A program made the translations under genes and the position numbers. The notes below the pieces were generated by a model. It did no database searches and was not told the origin of the DNA. It saw nothing but the letters and a program-made list of their open reading frames with translations. DNA of 43,731 nt from a virus (taxonomy: Duplodnaviria; Caudoviricetes): IMG/VR virus record IMGVR_UViG_3300031519_000050, positions 1 to 43,731 of that record. One strand, 5' to 3'. Numbering within the stretch: position 1 is the stretch's first letter; each line of letters opens with the position of its first letter. Positions 6,642-15,660 of the stretch are shown here, one piece after another.

Positions 6642-7435
6642 TGGAACCAAACATTGATTTATCACCGGTAGAAGCATTTTATTTAAACCTAAAAATACAA
6701 CAAGATGAGGAAGAAAGAATAGCAATAGCTGCGGCAAACGGTAAAAGACGTGGAAGACCTAGAAAAAACAAAATGTATTTTACACCCATAACAGAGGCTG
6801 CAATTATTGCATATAATATAGAACCAAGTTATAAGTTAAGAAATAAAGTATTCAATGAACATATACATCGAGCGTTGGATAAACTATCTGAAAATATTAT
6901 CCATACATTCAAGTTTTATTATTTTGATTATGGTGCAAGAGAAATAAAACAAGAAGTTGTTGCGTTTATGTTGGAAAAATTACCAAAATTTCAAGAAGGA
7001 AAAGGAAAAGCTTTTTCATACTTTAGTATTGTTGCAAAAAATTACCTAATACAAAACAACAATAAAAATTATAAAGCTATGAAGGAAAAAGCGCCAGTCT
7101 TGGCAATCGACACACAGCGAGACGTAACAAATGAGGAAGCAAAAAAAGATTTTAATGACCAAAGAGCCATATTCATGGAATCATTCATTGATTATTATGA
7201 TTCTAAAATACCAAAAAATTTTAAAAGCGAACGCGATAGAAAAATAGCATACGCAGTAATACAATTGTTTAGAGAACGAGACAATATAGAAAATTTTAAT
7301 AAGAAAGCTCTGTACATTATGATTAGAGAAATGACTAACACAAGGACACAGTACATCACGAAGGTTGTCAACATAATAAAAAAGGACTATTCAGAGACTT
7401 TCACAAAATATCAAGAAGCAAAAATTAATACCTAG
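6641..7435 (+). CDS. phage RNA polymerase sigma-like factor (putative late sigma, T4 gp55-like) with N-terminal AT-hook
   Basis: Region-2-like segment EIKQEVVAFMLEKLPKFQEGKGKAFSYFSIVAKNYLIQ. KRRGRPRK near the N-terminus. Confidence 0.7.
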   Translation: MEPNIDLSPVEAFYLNLKIQQDEEERIAIAAANGKRRGRPRKNKMYFTPITEAAIIAYNIEPSYKLRNKVFNEHIHRALDKLSENIIHTFKFYYFDYGAREIKQEVVAFMLEKLPKFQEGKGKAFSYFSIVAKNYLIQNNNKNYKAMKEKAPVLAIDTQRDVTNEEAKKDFNDQRAIFMESFIDYYDSKIPKNFKSERDRKIAYAVIQLFRERDNIENFNKKALYIMIREMTNTRTQYITKVVNIIKKDYSETFTKYQEAKINT

Positions 7436-7488
7436 ATAAAATTTCTAGTATATTTAATTTTGAAAACGGTCAATAGTGGCCACAAAAC

Positions 7489-7988
7489 GTTACTAGCATA
7501 ACAAAAAAAAGAGGAGAAAATTTATGAAAAATTTATTTTTAACAGCAATACTAGCTTGTGCAACAATGTTTGCAGGAGCTCAAAACTTTATGGTAATTAC
7601 TACCTATAATGCACCAGAAGATGGAGCAGATTTCGAGCTTTCGAGCTTGACTGACAATATGGGTATCGGATATGTATTAAACGATACTTGGACTGTTGGA
7701 CTAATCGCTGCAGGTGAAGATTCAATCGGTGACAAAAACTATGATGTTTTTGGTCGTTACAACTGGAACGCAAACATGTATGTTTCAATCCAAGCACCAA
7801 CTGAGGAAATGATGGAAAACTTAACAGTAGGTTTAGGTTACTCATTTCAAGCGTGGAAAGGTTTATATATTGAGCCAAATTACACAATGGGTCTTAAAGA
7901 AGACGCAGCAGGAGATAGAGAAGGTACGTTGAACTTAGGTTTAGCTTACCGTTTCTAATTAATTAACAATTAAGTCAATGCTAGTGAC
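7489..7988. repeat. 11-bp inverted repeat enclosing the OMP gene
   Basis: GTTACTAGCAT (7489-7499) pairs with ATGCTAGTGAC (7978-7988), with one G-U pair. Confidence 0.6.
7524..7958 (+). CDS. small outer-membrane beta-barrel protein
   Basis: Signal peptide MKNLFLTAILACATMFAGA-Q, alternating beta strands and a C-terminal beta-signal LNLGLAYRF. SD GAGGAG. Confidence 0.85.
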   Translation: MKNLFLTAILACATMFAGAQNFMVITTYNAPEDGADFELSSLTDNMGIGYVLNDTWTVGLIAAGEDSIGDKNYDVFGRYNWNANMYVSIQAPTEEMMENLTVGLGYSFQAWKGLYIEPNYTMGLKEDAAGDREGTLNLGLAYRF

Positions 7989-8011
7989 TATTTAGAAAGA
8001 GGAGAAATCAA

Positions 8012-8236
8012 ATGGAAAATGTAATTAAAATGATTGCAGGATTTTTTGGCGGAATAACAACTATTCTTATGGCTGTATTACCAGTAACGATCTTATGGTT
8101 CGTTGTAACAGGTGGTTCAGTGTTTGGAATGGATGTAATTGCAAATCTAACAGCTTTAGTTGATGGATTTGGACAAGGTGGATTTACTGGTTTAGTAGTT
8201 CTATTATTGGTAGCGTCATTCTTTATCAAAAAGTAA
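8012..8236 (+). CDS. small hydrophobic membrane protein (74 aa)
   Basis: Almost entirely hydrophobic/Gly sequence. SD GAGGAG. Followed by a terminator. Confidence 0.8.
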   Translation: MENVIKMIAGFFGGITTILMAVLPVTILWFVVTGGSVFGMDVIANLTALVDGFGQGGFTGLVVLLLVASFFIKK

Positions 8237-8255
8237 TTAACTTTACTTTATAGGG

Positions 8256-8292
8256 TTGCCCAAGTGCTTATTAAAGTGCTTGGGCAATTTTT
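8256..8292 (+). terminator. intrinsic terminator
   Basis: 13-bp stem TTGCCCAAGTGCT / AGTGCTTGGGCAA (two G-U pairs) followed by TTTTT. Confidence 0.85.
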
Positions 8293-8304
8293 ATTTATAA
8301 GCTC

Positions 8305-8333
8305 GGATATATTTATATATAGATAAGTAGATA
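8305..8333 (+). promoter_or_regulatory. putative late promoter (ATATTTATATA core)
   Basis: GGATATATTTATATATAGATAAGTAGATA, 28/29 identical to 41609-41637. Sits between the terminator and the baseplate operon. Confidence 0.7.
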
Positions 8334-8349
8334 TATTAGGAGATAAACT

Positions 8350-8691
8350 ATGTTTGACGATGAAATATTTAAGGGTAAAACCCTTTCTAATTTGTTCTCT
8401 GAGATTTACGAAAATTCTCGAAAAAAAGATGAACAAATAAATAACTTAATTGGCCAATTAAAACCACTAATTAAGAATATGACCGATGCAACTGTTATTG
8501 TTCCATTAATAAAGGACTATATAGACGCATCACTAAAAAATGATGACCATCTAATAAAAATGGCCGGAATAATACAAAGAGCCACTCTTCGTGCTGAAAC
8601 AGGCGGAGGAGATTTTTCTTTAAGTGATGCAGAAAAAAAGGAACTTATAGCATCAATTGACGAAATAGAAAAAAATAAGGAGAGCCAATAG
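8350..8691 (+). CDS. helical hypothetical protein heading the baseplate operon
   Basis: ORF with SD AGGAG, abutting the spike gene. Confidence 0.75.
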   Translation: MFDDEIFKGKTLSNLFSEIYENSRKKDEQINNLIGQLKPLIKNMTDATVIVPLIKDYIDASLKNDDHLIKMAGIIQRATLRAETGGGDFSLSDAEKKELIASIDEIEKNKESQ

Positions 8692-9876
8692 ATGGCAATA
8701 AGCACAGGAGCTCCAGTATCTGGAATTACAGGACAACCAGATTCATTATCCATTGAATCTGGAGAAGTAGTTGATATTATACTTGATGAATCTCATCCAG
8801 AATATACTGACACAGGTAATGGAGTTGGATCCTGCTTAGTTAGATTGACACAATCCCAACGAAATCAGAGCGATCACGCATTAAACTGGCTTCAACCTGC
8901 TTTTGCAAATTTCATACAGTACCCTTTAATTGGTGAATTAGTGATGTGTATGGATGGAGCTTCCCCAGATTCCCAACGACAATCAGGAGCAACTTCTAAA
9001 TATTGGCTACCATATCCTCAAAATGTATTTGGTGATGTAAACGAAAATAGTTTGCCTTTTTCATCCTACTCACTGGAAAGAAGAAAAATTGCACCTAGTG
9101 AATTTGATAGGCACAAAGGAGATGCTGAACCAGAAGGACCAACACTGGGTAATTCTTTTGAGTCAAAAGAAATACAAACCCTACAACCATATGAAGGTGA
9201 TATGATTCTTCAAGGCAGATGGGGAAATTCTATTAGGCTTGGTAGTACGGCAGAGCCACAAGCTGGAGATCCAAATCTATATTCAGATGGAGGTTCAAAA
9301 GGCGATCCAATAATAACCATGAATGTAGGATATGGTACTACATCTGACACAGCAGAAGGATACCACATAGAAGATTGGTCGACGGCTGGTGATGGTACAC
9401 AAGTAGTATTGGCCGCAGGACAAAAAATACCTTTAGAAATTGCAAGTACAAATAAAGATTCATATCACAATAGTTCAACTCCTGATGAACAAGACTCATA
9501 TGAAGGAAATCAAATAATACTAAATTCAGACAGAATCGTGTTTAATGCAAAAACGGATAGTATTTTAGGAACAGCAAAAACCTCAGTTGGATTTTCAAGT
9601 GAAGGTACCTTTAATATTGACGCAGATGACCATACAATAATAGACTCACCAAAAATATATCTAGGGAATGCAGCAACAGACGAGGCCGAACCAGTTGCAT
9701 TAGGACAAACACTGGTAGATTGGATGCAAAAATTATGCGATACTTTACTGGCCGAAACACATCCCACTGCATGTGGACCAAGTGGACCGCCAATAAATGC
9801 CGCAGACTATTCAAGTTTAAAGTCTTCTGCACCAGATATATTGAGCCAAAACAGTTTCTGCACAAAGACAAACTAG
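8692..9876 (+). CDS. baseplate central spike protein (T4 gp5 / P2 gpV-like)
   Basis: N-terminal OB-fold-like region (GEVVDIILD...YPLIGELV), beta-helix-like QIILNSDRIVFNAK...SPKIYLG, and apex-like ETHPTACGPSGPP. Located upstream of the gp25-like gene. Confidence 0.8.
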   Translation: MAISTGAPVSGITGQPDSLSIESGEVVDIILDESHPEYTDTGNGVGSCLVRLTQSQRNQSDHALNWLQPAFANFIQYPLIGELVMCMDGASPDSQRQSGATSKYWLPYPQNVFGDVNENSLPFSSYSLERRKIAPSEFDRHKGDAEPEGPTLGNSFESKEIQTLQPYEGDMILQGRWGNSIRLGSTAEPQAGDPNLYSDGGSKGDPIITMNVGYGTTSDTAEGYHIEDWSTAGDGTQVVLAAGQKIPLEIASTNKDSYHNSSTPDEQDSYEGNQIILNSDRIVFNAKTDSILGTAKTSVGFSSEGTFNIDADDHTIIDSPKIYLGNAATDEAEPVALGQTLVDWMQKLCDTLLAETHPTACGPSGPPINAADYSSLKSSAPDILSQNSFCTKTN

Positions 9877-9884
9877 GAGAATTT

Positions 9885-10349
9885 ATGCCATTCGCTGCAC
9901 CATTATTTGCAAACGTATATAACGCTGAATTTGGCGGAGATGTTCCAGGTGGAGAAGCACAAGGAGATGCAGGTAAAGCTTGGGCCAAAGCAACGGCCGC
10001 CGGAGCTGCCACTGTTATGGCGCCAGCACCATCATCAACCATAAGTTTAGCTGAACAGTCAATGGCAGGAGCATTAGCTGGATGGAATTCAGATAGCGAC
10101 AACGCCGGAATGATGTTAAAGTCCGCCCTAGTAACCTTTGCTGCAACCATGGTACCTGGTTTTTTACCAGGAATTGCAATACCTCCTGCAGGACCACCAC
10201 CAATAGATAGTGTATTTTCAATGGGAGATGCTGGTGCTGACGCATTATCAATGGGAAATGCATTCGGAGGCATATTAGCCAGCTGGTTTCCAACTGGTAC
10301 ATTTATTATTCCAGGTGTTCCACCAATTGGACCATTACCTTGGATATAG
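9885..10349 (+). CDS. Ala/Gly/Pro-rich protein after the spike; possible spike-tip protein (start 9885, not 9720)
   Basis: SD AGGAG overlaps the spike stop codon. 154 aa, MPFAAP...PPIGPLPWI. Confidence 0.7.
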   Translation: MPFAAPLFANVYNAEFGGDVPGGEAQGDAGKAWAKATAAGAATVMAPAPSSTISLAEQSMAGALAGWNSDSDNAGMMLKSALVTFAATMVPGFLPGIAIPPAGPPPIDSVFSMGDAGADALSMGNAFGGILASWFPTGTFIIPGVPPIGPLPWI

Positions 10350-10372
10350 TGACTAAAAACATAACCATTTAG

Positions 10373-10383
10373 ATATTTATATA
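10373..10383 (+). promoter_or_regulatory. putative late promoter motif
   Basis: ATATTTATATA in the intergenic gap. Confidence 0.6.
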
Positions 10384-10399
10384 AGTAACGAGAAATACT

Positions 10400-10900
10400 A
10401 TGACAAAATCAAAAAAACTATTAGAAATAATAAAAAAAGCAGTCCGAGAAGAAATACGAATTGTAATAAAAGAAGAACTGGCAGCAGTGCTTGGTGAAAA
10501 CAAGCTTAAAATTGAACACATAGAACATGGACTAAATTTAACTGAATTGGCAAAAACATCAAAAAATCCATATGAGCAAGGAATTACTGCAAAGAAAAAG
10601 CGAAAAAATGTTGAGTTTACAAAAGATCCTGTATTGAACAAGATATTAAATGAAACAGCAGACGAAGAATGGAAAACTATGGGTAATAAGACATTCACGG
10701 ATGGAAGATCAGGCATGGCAAGTATGATGGGAATGCAATCACCAGATCAAGCTTTTGGTGGAAAGCCAACAATAGAACAAATGCTTCCAAACGATAGGAA
10801 ACATGTACAAGTCAGTGATGAGATGGCAGATATATTAACAAAGGACTATTCTGCCCTATTAAAAAAGGTAGATGAAAAAGCAAATAAGGCGAGACCTTAA
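10400..10900 (+). CDS. hypothetical phage protein
   Basis: N-terminal IIKKAVREEIRIVIKEEL helix. Lies within the structural operon. Confidence 0.75.
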   Translation: MTKSKKLLEIIKKAVREEIRIVIKEELAAVLGENKLKIEHIEHGLNLTELAKTSKNPYEQGITAKKKRKNVEFTKDPVLNKILNETADEEWKTMGNKTFTDGRSGMASMMGMQSPDQAFGGKPTIEQMLPNDRKHVQVSDEMADILTKDYSALLKKVDEKANKARP

Positions 10901-10903
10901 TAA

Positions 10904-11356
10904 ATGGCAATACCTGCAAGAAAAATATTTAGAATAAACCCTGCAGATGAGTCTGACAGGATTGCAGTGGGAATAGATTTACCAATGGTGAAAAATAATG
11001 GTGCACCATTCCCACAGACGAGACTAACTATTCATGCAGCAAAGGCCAACGTTAAAAATTTAATATTGACAAGAAAAGGCGAAAGGCCTTTCCACCCTGA
11101 TTTGGGTACTAGTATATATGACTTTTTATTTGACCCAAACATTGATGAAATGTTGGTAAACATTGAGGAAGAAATAGGTATGGCAATATCGAAATGGCTA
11201 CCATACGTGGTAATTACAGACTTAAGTGTTGCAGTTGCTGACCAGCAATATGGCTTTAGTGACAATTTCAATGGTGTAAGGATAAGTATTTCATTTACAC
11301 TAGCAGGAAACAGATTCAACGAAGAATCAATTACAGTGGTAATAGGAGCAGAATAA
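10904..11356 (+). CDS. baseplate wedge subunit, T4 gp25-like
   Basis: NVKNLILTRKGERPFHPDLGTSIYDFLFDP...AISKWLPYV signature. Confidence 0.92.
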   Translation: MAIPARKIFRINPADESDRIAVGIDLPMVKNNGAPFPQTRLTIHAAKANVKNLILTRKGERPFHPDLGTSIYDFLFDPNIDEMLVNIEEEIGMAISKWLPYVVITDLSVAVADQQYGFSDNFNGVRISISFTLAGNRFNEESITVVIGAE

Positions 11357-13236
11357 TGGCATTAGCAAAAAAAGAAGTAAAATATTTGAATAAAGACTTT
11401 TCTCAATTTAGAGAAAAGCTTGTCAATTTTGCAAAGGTATATTTTCCTGATACATACACGGACTTTAATGAAACTTCACCAGGTATGATGTTCATTGAAA
11501 TGACTGCGTATGTTGGAGATGTATTATCCCTGTACATTGACAATCAGCTAAAGGAATCCATGCTACTCCACGCAGAAGATTCACAAAACATTTATGATAT
11601 TGCACAAGCACTAGGTTATAAGCCTCAACCATCAGCTGCAGCAACAACCCTTCTTGATGTCTTTCATTTAGTACCGGCAATTGGAAGTGGAGTAAATATT
11701 GCTCCAGACTTTAGATATGCTGTAGAACTACAAGAAGGAATGACAGTAAAGTCTAGCGAAAATGCAAAAATAGAGTTTAGAACACTAGAGTCTGTAAACT
11801 TTGCATTCTCAAGCTCTAATAGTCCAACAGACGTATCAATATACAAGGTTGAAAAAACAACAGGAGTTCCACAGTATTATTTGCTACAAAAAACCGTACA
11901 AGCAATATCAGGAAAACTAGAAGCTGAAAAATTTACATTTACAAGTCCTAAAAAGTTTGATAGAATTAAATTAGAACCTACAAACATAATTGATATTGTT
12001 GACGCGAAAGATTTTGACGGTAATAGCTGGTATGAGGTTGAATACCTGGCACAGGACACAGTTTATACTGAGATAAAACAAGGAGAAGCTGCAGATCCGT
12101 TATTATCTCCATATGAAGATTCTGTACCATATATATTATCACTGAGACGGGTACCTAAGCGATTTACAAAACGAATAACATCAACCAATCAGATAGAATT
12201 GCATTTCGGAGCAGGAGTTTCAGCAAACGCAGACGAAGTAATACTTCCAAATCCAACAAACATAGGAATGCAATTACCATATGGAAATACGGCAGGATTA
12301 GACAACGCATACGATCCAACAAATGTACTATTCACTAAAGGATATGGCCAGGCACCATCTGATACAACACTAGTTGTACGATATTATACTGGCGGAGGAA
12401 TAGAATCAAATGTCGGTGCAAAAACACTTACAGATATCACAACAAAGGAGTTTATAGGTGGAACTGAAGGACTAGATGAAGGACTAGTATTATTTGCCCA
12501 AGATTCAATTGCCTGTACAAATCCAAGTCCTGCAACAGGCGGCCGCGGACAAGAAACAGTGGAAGAAATAAGGCAAAACGCATTAGCATCTTATGCATCT
12601 CAAAATAGAGCTGTCACTAAAGAAGATTATATCGCAAGAGTATACTCTCTTCCAGGAAAATATGGAAGCATAGCCAAAGCATATGTTGAAAGAGATGAAC
12701 AAGGATCACAAGGAAATGGTAATGACGATTTTAATCCCTTGGCAATTAATATATATACACTATCATATAATGAATCCAAACAACTCTTAAATTCTAATTT
12801 AGCAACTAAGACAAACTTAAAAACATATCTTAAAAAGTATAGAATGTTAACTGATGGAATTAATTTAAAAAACGCGCACATTATAAACATTGGAATTAGA
12901 TTTGAAATATTACCAATTCCCGGTGTAATAACAAAGGAAGTATTGCTCAAAACTATTGACGAAGCTAAACGATATTTTGCCATAGAAAAATGGCAAATAA
13001 ATGAACCAATATCAGTATCAGACCTAGCAGCAACTTTAGACCAGGTTGACGGAGTACAGTCAATATTAAACCTAACAGTAATTAATAAATTCGACACAGA
13101 TTCAGGATATTCAGGAAATTATTATGATATTGGTGAAGCAACAAAGAATAATATTGTTTATCCGTCAATGGATCCTTCTATATTTGAGGTAAAATACCCA
13201 GATACAGATATAGAAGCAAGAATAGTAGGAGTATAA
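11356..13236 (+). CDS. baseplate wedge protein, T4 gp6 / baseplate J-like
   Basis: DFSQFREKL, GMMFIEMTAYVGDVLSLYID, ATGGRGQETVEEIRQNA and QNRAVTKEDY motifs. Confidence 0.92.
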   Translation: MALAKKEVKYLNKDFSQFREKLVNFAKVYFPDTYTDFNETSPGMMFIEMTAYVGDVLSLYIDNQLKESMLLHAEDSQNIYDIAQALGYKPQPSAAATTLLDVFHLVPAIGSGVNIAPDFRYAVELQEGMTVKSSENAKIEFRTLESVNFAFSSSNSPTDVSIYKVEKTTGVPQYYLLQKTVQAISGKLEAEKFTFTSPKKFDRIKLEPTNIIDIVDAKDFDGNSWYEVEYLAQDTVYTEIKQGEAADPLLSPYEDSVPYILSLRRVPKRFTKRITSTNQIELHFGAGVSANADEVILPNPTNIGMQLPYGNTAGLDNAYDPTNVLFTKGYGQAPSDTTLVVRYYTGGGIESNVGAKTLTDITTKEFIGGTEGLDEGLVLFAQDSIACTNPSPATGGRGQETVEEIRQNALASYASQNRAVTKEDYIARVYSLPGKYGSIAKAYVERDEQGSQGNGNDDFNPLAINIYTLSYNESKQLLNSNLATKTNLKTYLKKYRMLTDGINLKNAHIINIGIRFEILPIPGVITKEVLLKTIDEAKRYFAIEKWQINEPISVSDLAATLDQVDGVQSILNLTVINKFDTDSGYSGNYYDIGEATKNNIVYPSMDPSIFEVKYPDTDIEARIVGV

Positions 13237-13238
13237 TT

Positions 13239-14366
13239 ATGATATATAGCATAACATCATCTGTTGATGCAACCATGTATGAACAGTACGAGAATAGAAA
13301 CACTGGTTTAGATGAAGTAGTTCAAATTGAAAAAATAATATCTGAATCTTCAACAAATAATACTTTTAATTCTAGAATTTTAACAAAGTTTGATTTAGAA
13401 AATATATCACAATCAATAGTTGATGGACACATCGCACCCACATTCACAGCAAAACTAAAATTGTATACTCACCAAGCTGTTGCGATACCATACACATATC
13501 AAATAAGTGCATATGCTGTTTCTCAATCTTGGGAAATGGGAATTGGTAGATCTACTCATAATCCTAAGACAAAAGAAGGAGTTAGTTGGACATATCGTGA
13601 TGGAATTTCAGCTGCTACTACATGGCAAACTGCGAGTGCAGCAATGGCAACTGGAACAACTGCAAGTTTTGTTAATCTTACTAATAATGGAGGAGCAACA
13701 TGGTGGACTGCAAGTGCAGCAACACAAACCTTCACATATGAAACTACAGACTTAGCACTCGACGTTACTGACATTGTTACTAGTTGGATAAGTGGAAGTT
13801 GGAATGGTGGTCCTGTACTATCAAATGATGGATTTATAATTAAAAGACCTGATGTTCAAGAATATAATGGCAATAATTACGGCCAACTACAATTCTTTTC
13901 AAAAGAAACCCACACAATATACCAACCAAGATTAGAGTTTTCTTGGGATGATAATTCCACAATAACAACAGGCCTTTCAGAGCTTGATATTGCTGCTGAT
14001 GTATTTGTTTATGTTAAAAACAATAGAGATCAAATACATCGTGAAAGTAAAGAAAGAATACGTGTTGTTGGTAGAGAACGATACCCTGTGAAGACATATG
14101 CAACTGCCTCTGAAAATTTAGTGATTAAACATCTTCCAACATCTTCCTATTGGTCAATACAAGACTATACTACGGGCGAAACTGTTATTGATTACGATGA
14201 TTCATATACTAAAATTAGTTGTGATAGTGCTGGAAATTATTTTGATTTATGGATGGACCAATTAGAATCAAATAGAAGGTACAAGTTTATAATAAAAAGT
14301 ATAGGTGGTGGTGGAAAAGTTAGAAAAATATTTGATGATGACTTAACATTTAAGATTGTAGATTAA
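13239..14366 (+). CDS. virion structural protein (beta-rich, baseplate region)
   Basis: Operon context, SD AGGAG, and motifs DATMYE, LDVTDIVTSW, QFFSKETHTIYQPRLEFSWDD. Confidence 0.7.
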   Translation: MIYSITSSVDATMYEQYENRNTGLDEVVQIEKIISESSTNNTFNSRILTKFDLENISQSIVDGHIAPTFTAKLKLYTHQAVAIPYTYQISAYAVSQSWEMGIGRSTHNPKTKEGVSWTYRDGISAATTWQTASAAMATGTTASFVNLTNNGGATWWTASAATQTFTYETTDLALDVTDIVTSWISGSWNGGPVLSNDGFIIKRPDVQEYNGNNYGQLQFFSKETHTIYQPRLEFSWDDNSTITTGLSELDIAADVFVYVKNNRDQIHRESKERIRVVGRERYPVKTYATASENLVIKHLPTSSYWSIQDYTTGETVIDYDDSYTKISCDSAGNYFDLWMDQLESNRRYKFIIKSIGGGGKVRKIFDDDLTFKIVD

Positions 14367-14367
14367 G

Positions 14368-15660
14368 ATGGCAAAACCAAGATATAGAACTCAAAGGATT
14401 ATAAAGTCAGTACAAGAAAAACCTCTTGTACCAGGAACCGACTATGTAGGACAAAGAGACGCGACACTACTTAAACCTGATAATGGTGCAATATCACTTG
14501 TTACTGTACAAGATGACTATTATCCTTGGGATGCAGGAGCCCATATTATATCAGAAGACATTGGAACGTTTGAAATAAACACAGAATTAGATTATTTAGA
14601 AACAGCAGCAGACAAAACACACCGTGATCCTAATGGAAATATTATTTCGCAAATAAATAGTGACGCGATAGGTCAGGATTTTGTGATAGTTCCACAGAGA
14701 TATGTTTTAGCTCGAGACCAATACTTGGACATAATAGATACATCAATAACGGAATTATTACCGGCGGTTATTTATAGTCCTACTGGACCTCCAATATTAA
14801 GGTCAAATCCCAATTCTGGTGAAACAACTGGTATTATTATTTTTCCTTCACATGGAACAATTGACGGTAAAATATCTGATGACTATTCTATTTTTGACGA
14901 TCCAGGACTATCTACAACCGTTTATCAATTTCGTGGAAATAACAGTAGAGTATTGGTTGCTGACGCGTATAATTATCTTGCAGAAGATGATATTGAGATT
15001 GAGGATGGATTGACATATGAATGGATATTTAACTCTGATAATCCTGCAAAACATGGCCTAGAAACTAGAAAAAAGATTAGTAATAAGGTTGTTTCTAGAA
15101 CCAAAAAGCTAGCTATAATAAATGGAACAATTTTCGACACAGGATACTATATATGTAGAATAAAAAATGAACGTGGAACGATTGAAACACCTTCAATATA
15201 TTTGCTATGTACAGGAGGACTAATAATTGAACGAGATGAAATTAGAAATCCCGAAACGTCTGAATTTATAGGTTATGGAGCTGCAACAGGAGAAATAATA
15301 GAAGATCAACAGCACAATAATGCAAATCCACTAACAGAAGGTTGGATGGATTTTAATGAAGAAAATAACGAATGGTTTAGAACTGCATGGGACAATATAA
15401 TTGAAGAATGGTATTCTAGAGATTCTTATAGAGGCTTTAACACATGGAGAGTTCCAAAATACGGTCCTGAGCCGAAAAATAATGACGTATCTGATGAAAG
15501 AGTATCAAAGCCTACGAAGACCCAGGCAGTATCTCAAACACCAGAATCTCCTCCACCAGCCAGAAAACAGCAACAAATAGTTAGACCACAACAACAGGTT
15601 GTGCGAAATACTCTTCCTTCTAAAAGATTGGGTAGAAATTCAAGGATACAAGAATCATAA
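14368..15660 (+). CDS. virion structural protein with Ig-like domain
   Basis: LTYEWIF...LAIINGTIFDTGYYICRIKNERG matches an Ig-fold pattern. Low-complexity basic C-terminal tail. Confidence 0.7.
   Translation: MAKPRYRTQRIIKSVQEKPLVPGTDYVGQRDATLLKPDNGAISLVTVQDDYYPWDAGAHIISEDIGTFEINTELDYLETAADKTHRDPNGNIISQINSDAIGQDFVIVPQRYVLARDQYLDIIDTSITELLPAVIYSPTGPPILRSNPNSGETTGIIIFPSHGTIDGKISDDYSIFDDPGLSTTVYQFRGNNSRVLVADAYNYLAEDDIEIEDGLTYEWIFNSDNPAKHGLETRKKISNKVVSRTKKLAIINGTIFDTGYYICRIKNERGTIETPSIYLLCTGGLIIERDEIRNPETSEFIGYGAATGEIIEDQQHNNANPLTEGWMDFNEENNEWFRTAWDNIIEEWYSRDSYRGFNTWRVPKYGPEPKNNDVSDERVSKPTKTQAVSQTPESPPPARKQQQIVRPQQQVVRNTLPSKRLGRNSRIQES

Noticed and set aside
9720-9884. Upstream start for the gene after the spike
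   Set aside because: It would overlap the spike gene by about 157 nt. A clear AGGAG SD precedes ATG 9885.
9611-10273. 220-aa minus-strand ORF and the other minus-strand ORFs in the track
   Set aside because: They are antisense shadows of well-supported + strand genes, with no motifs or ribosome-binding sites.
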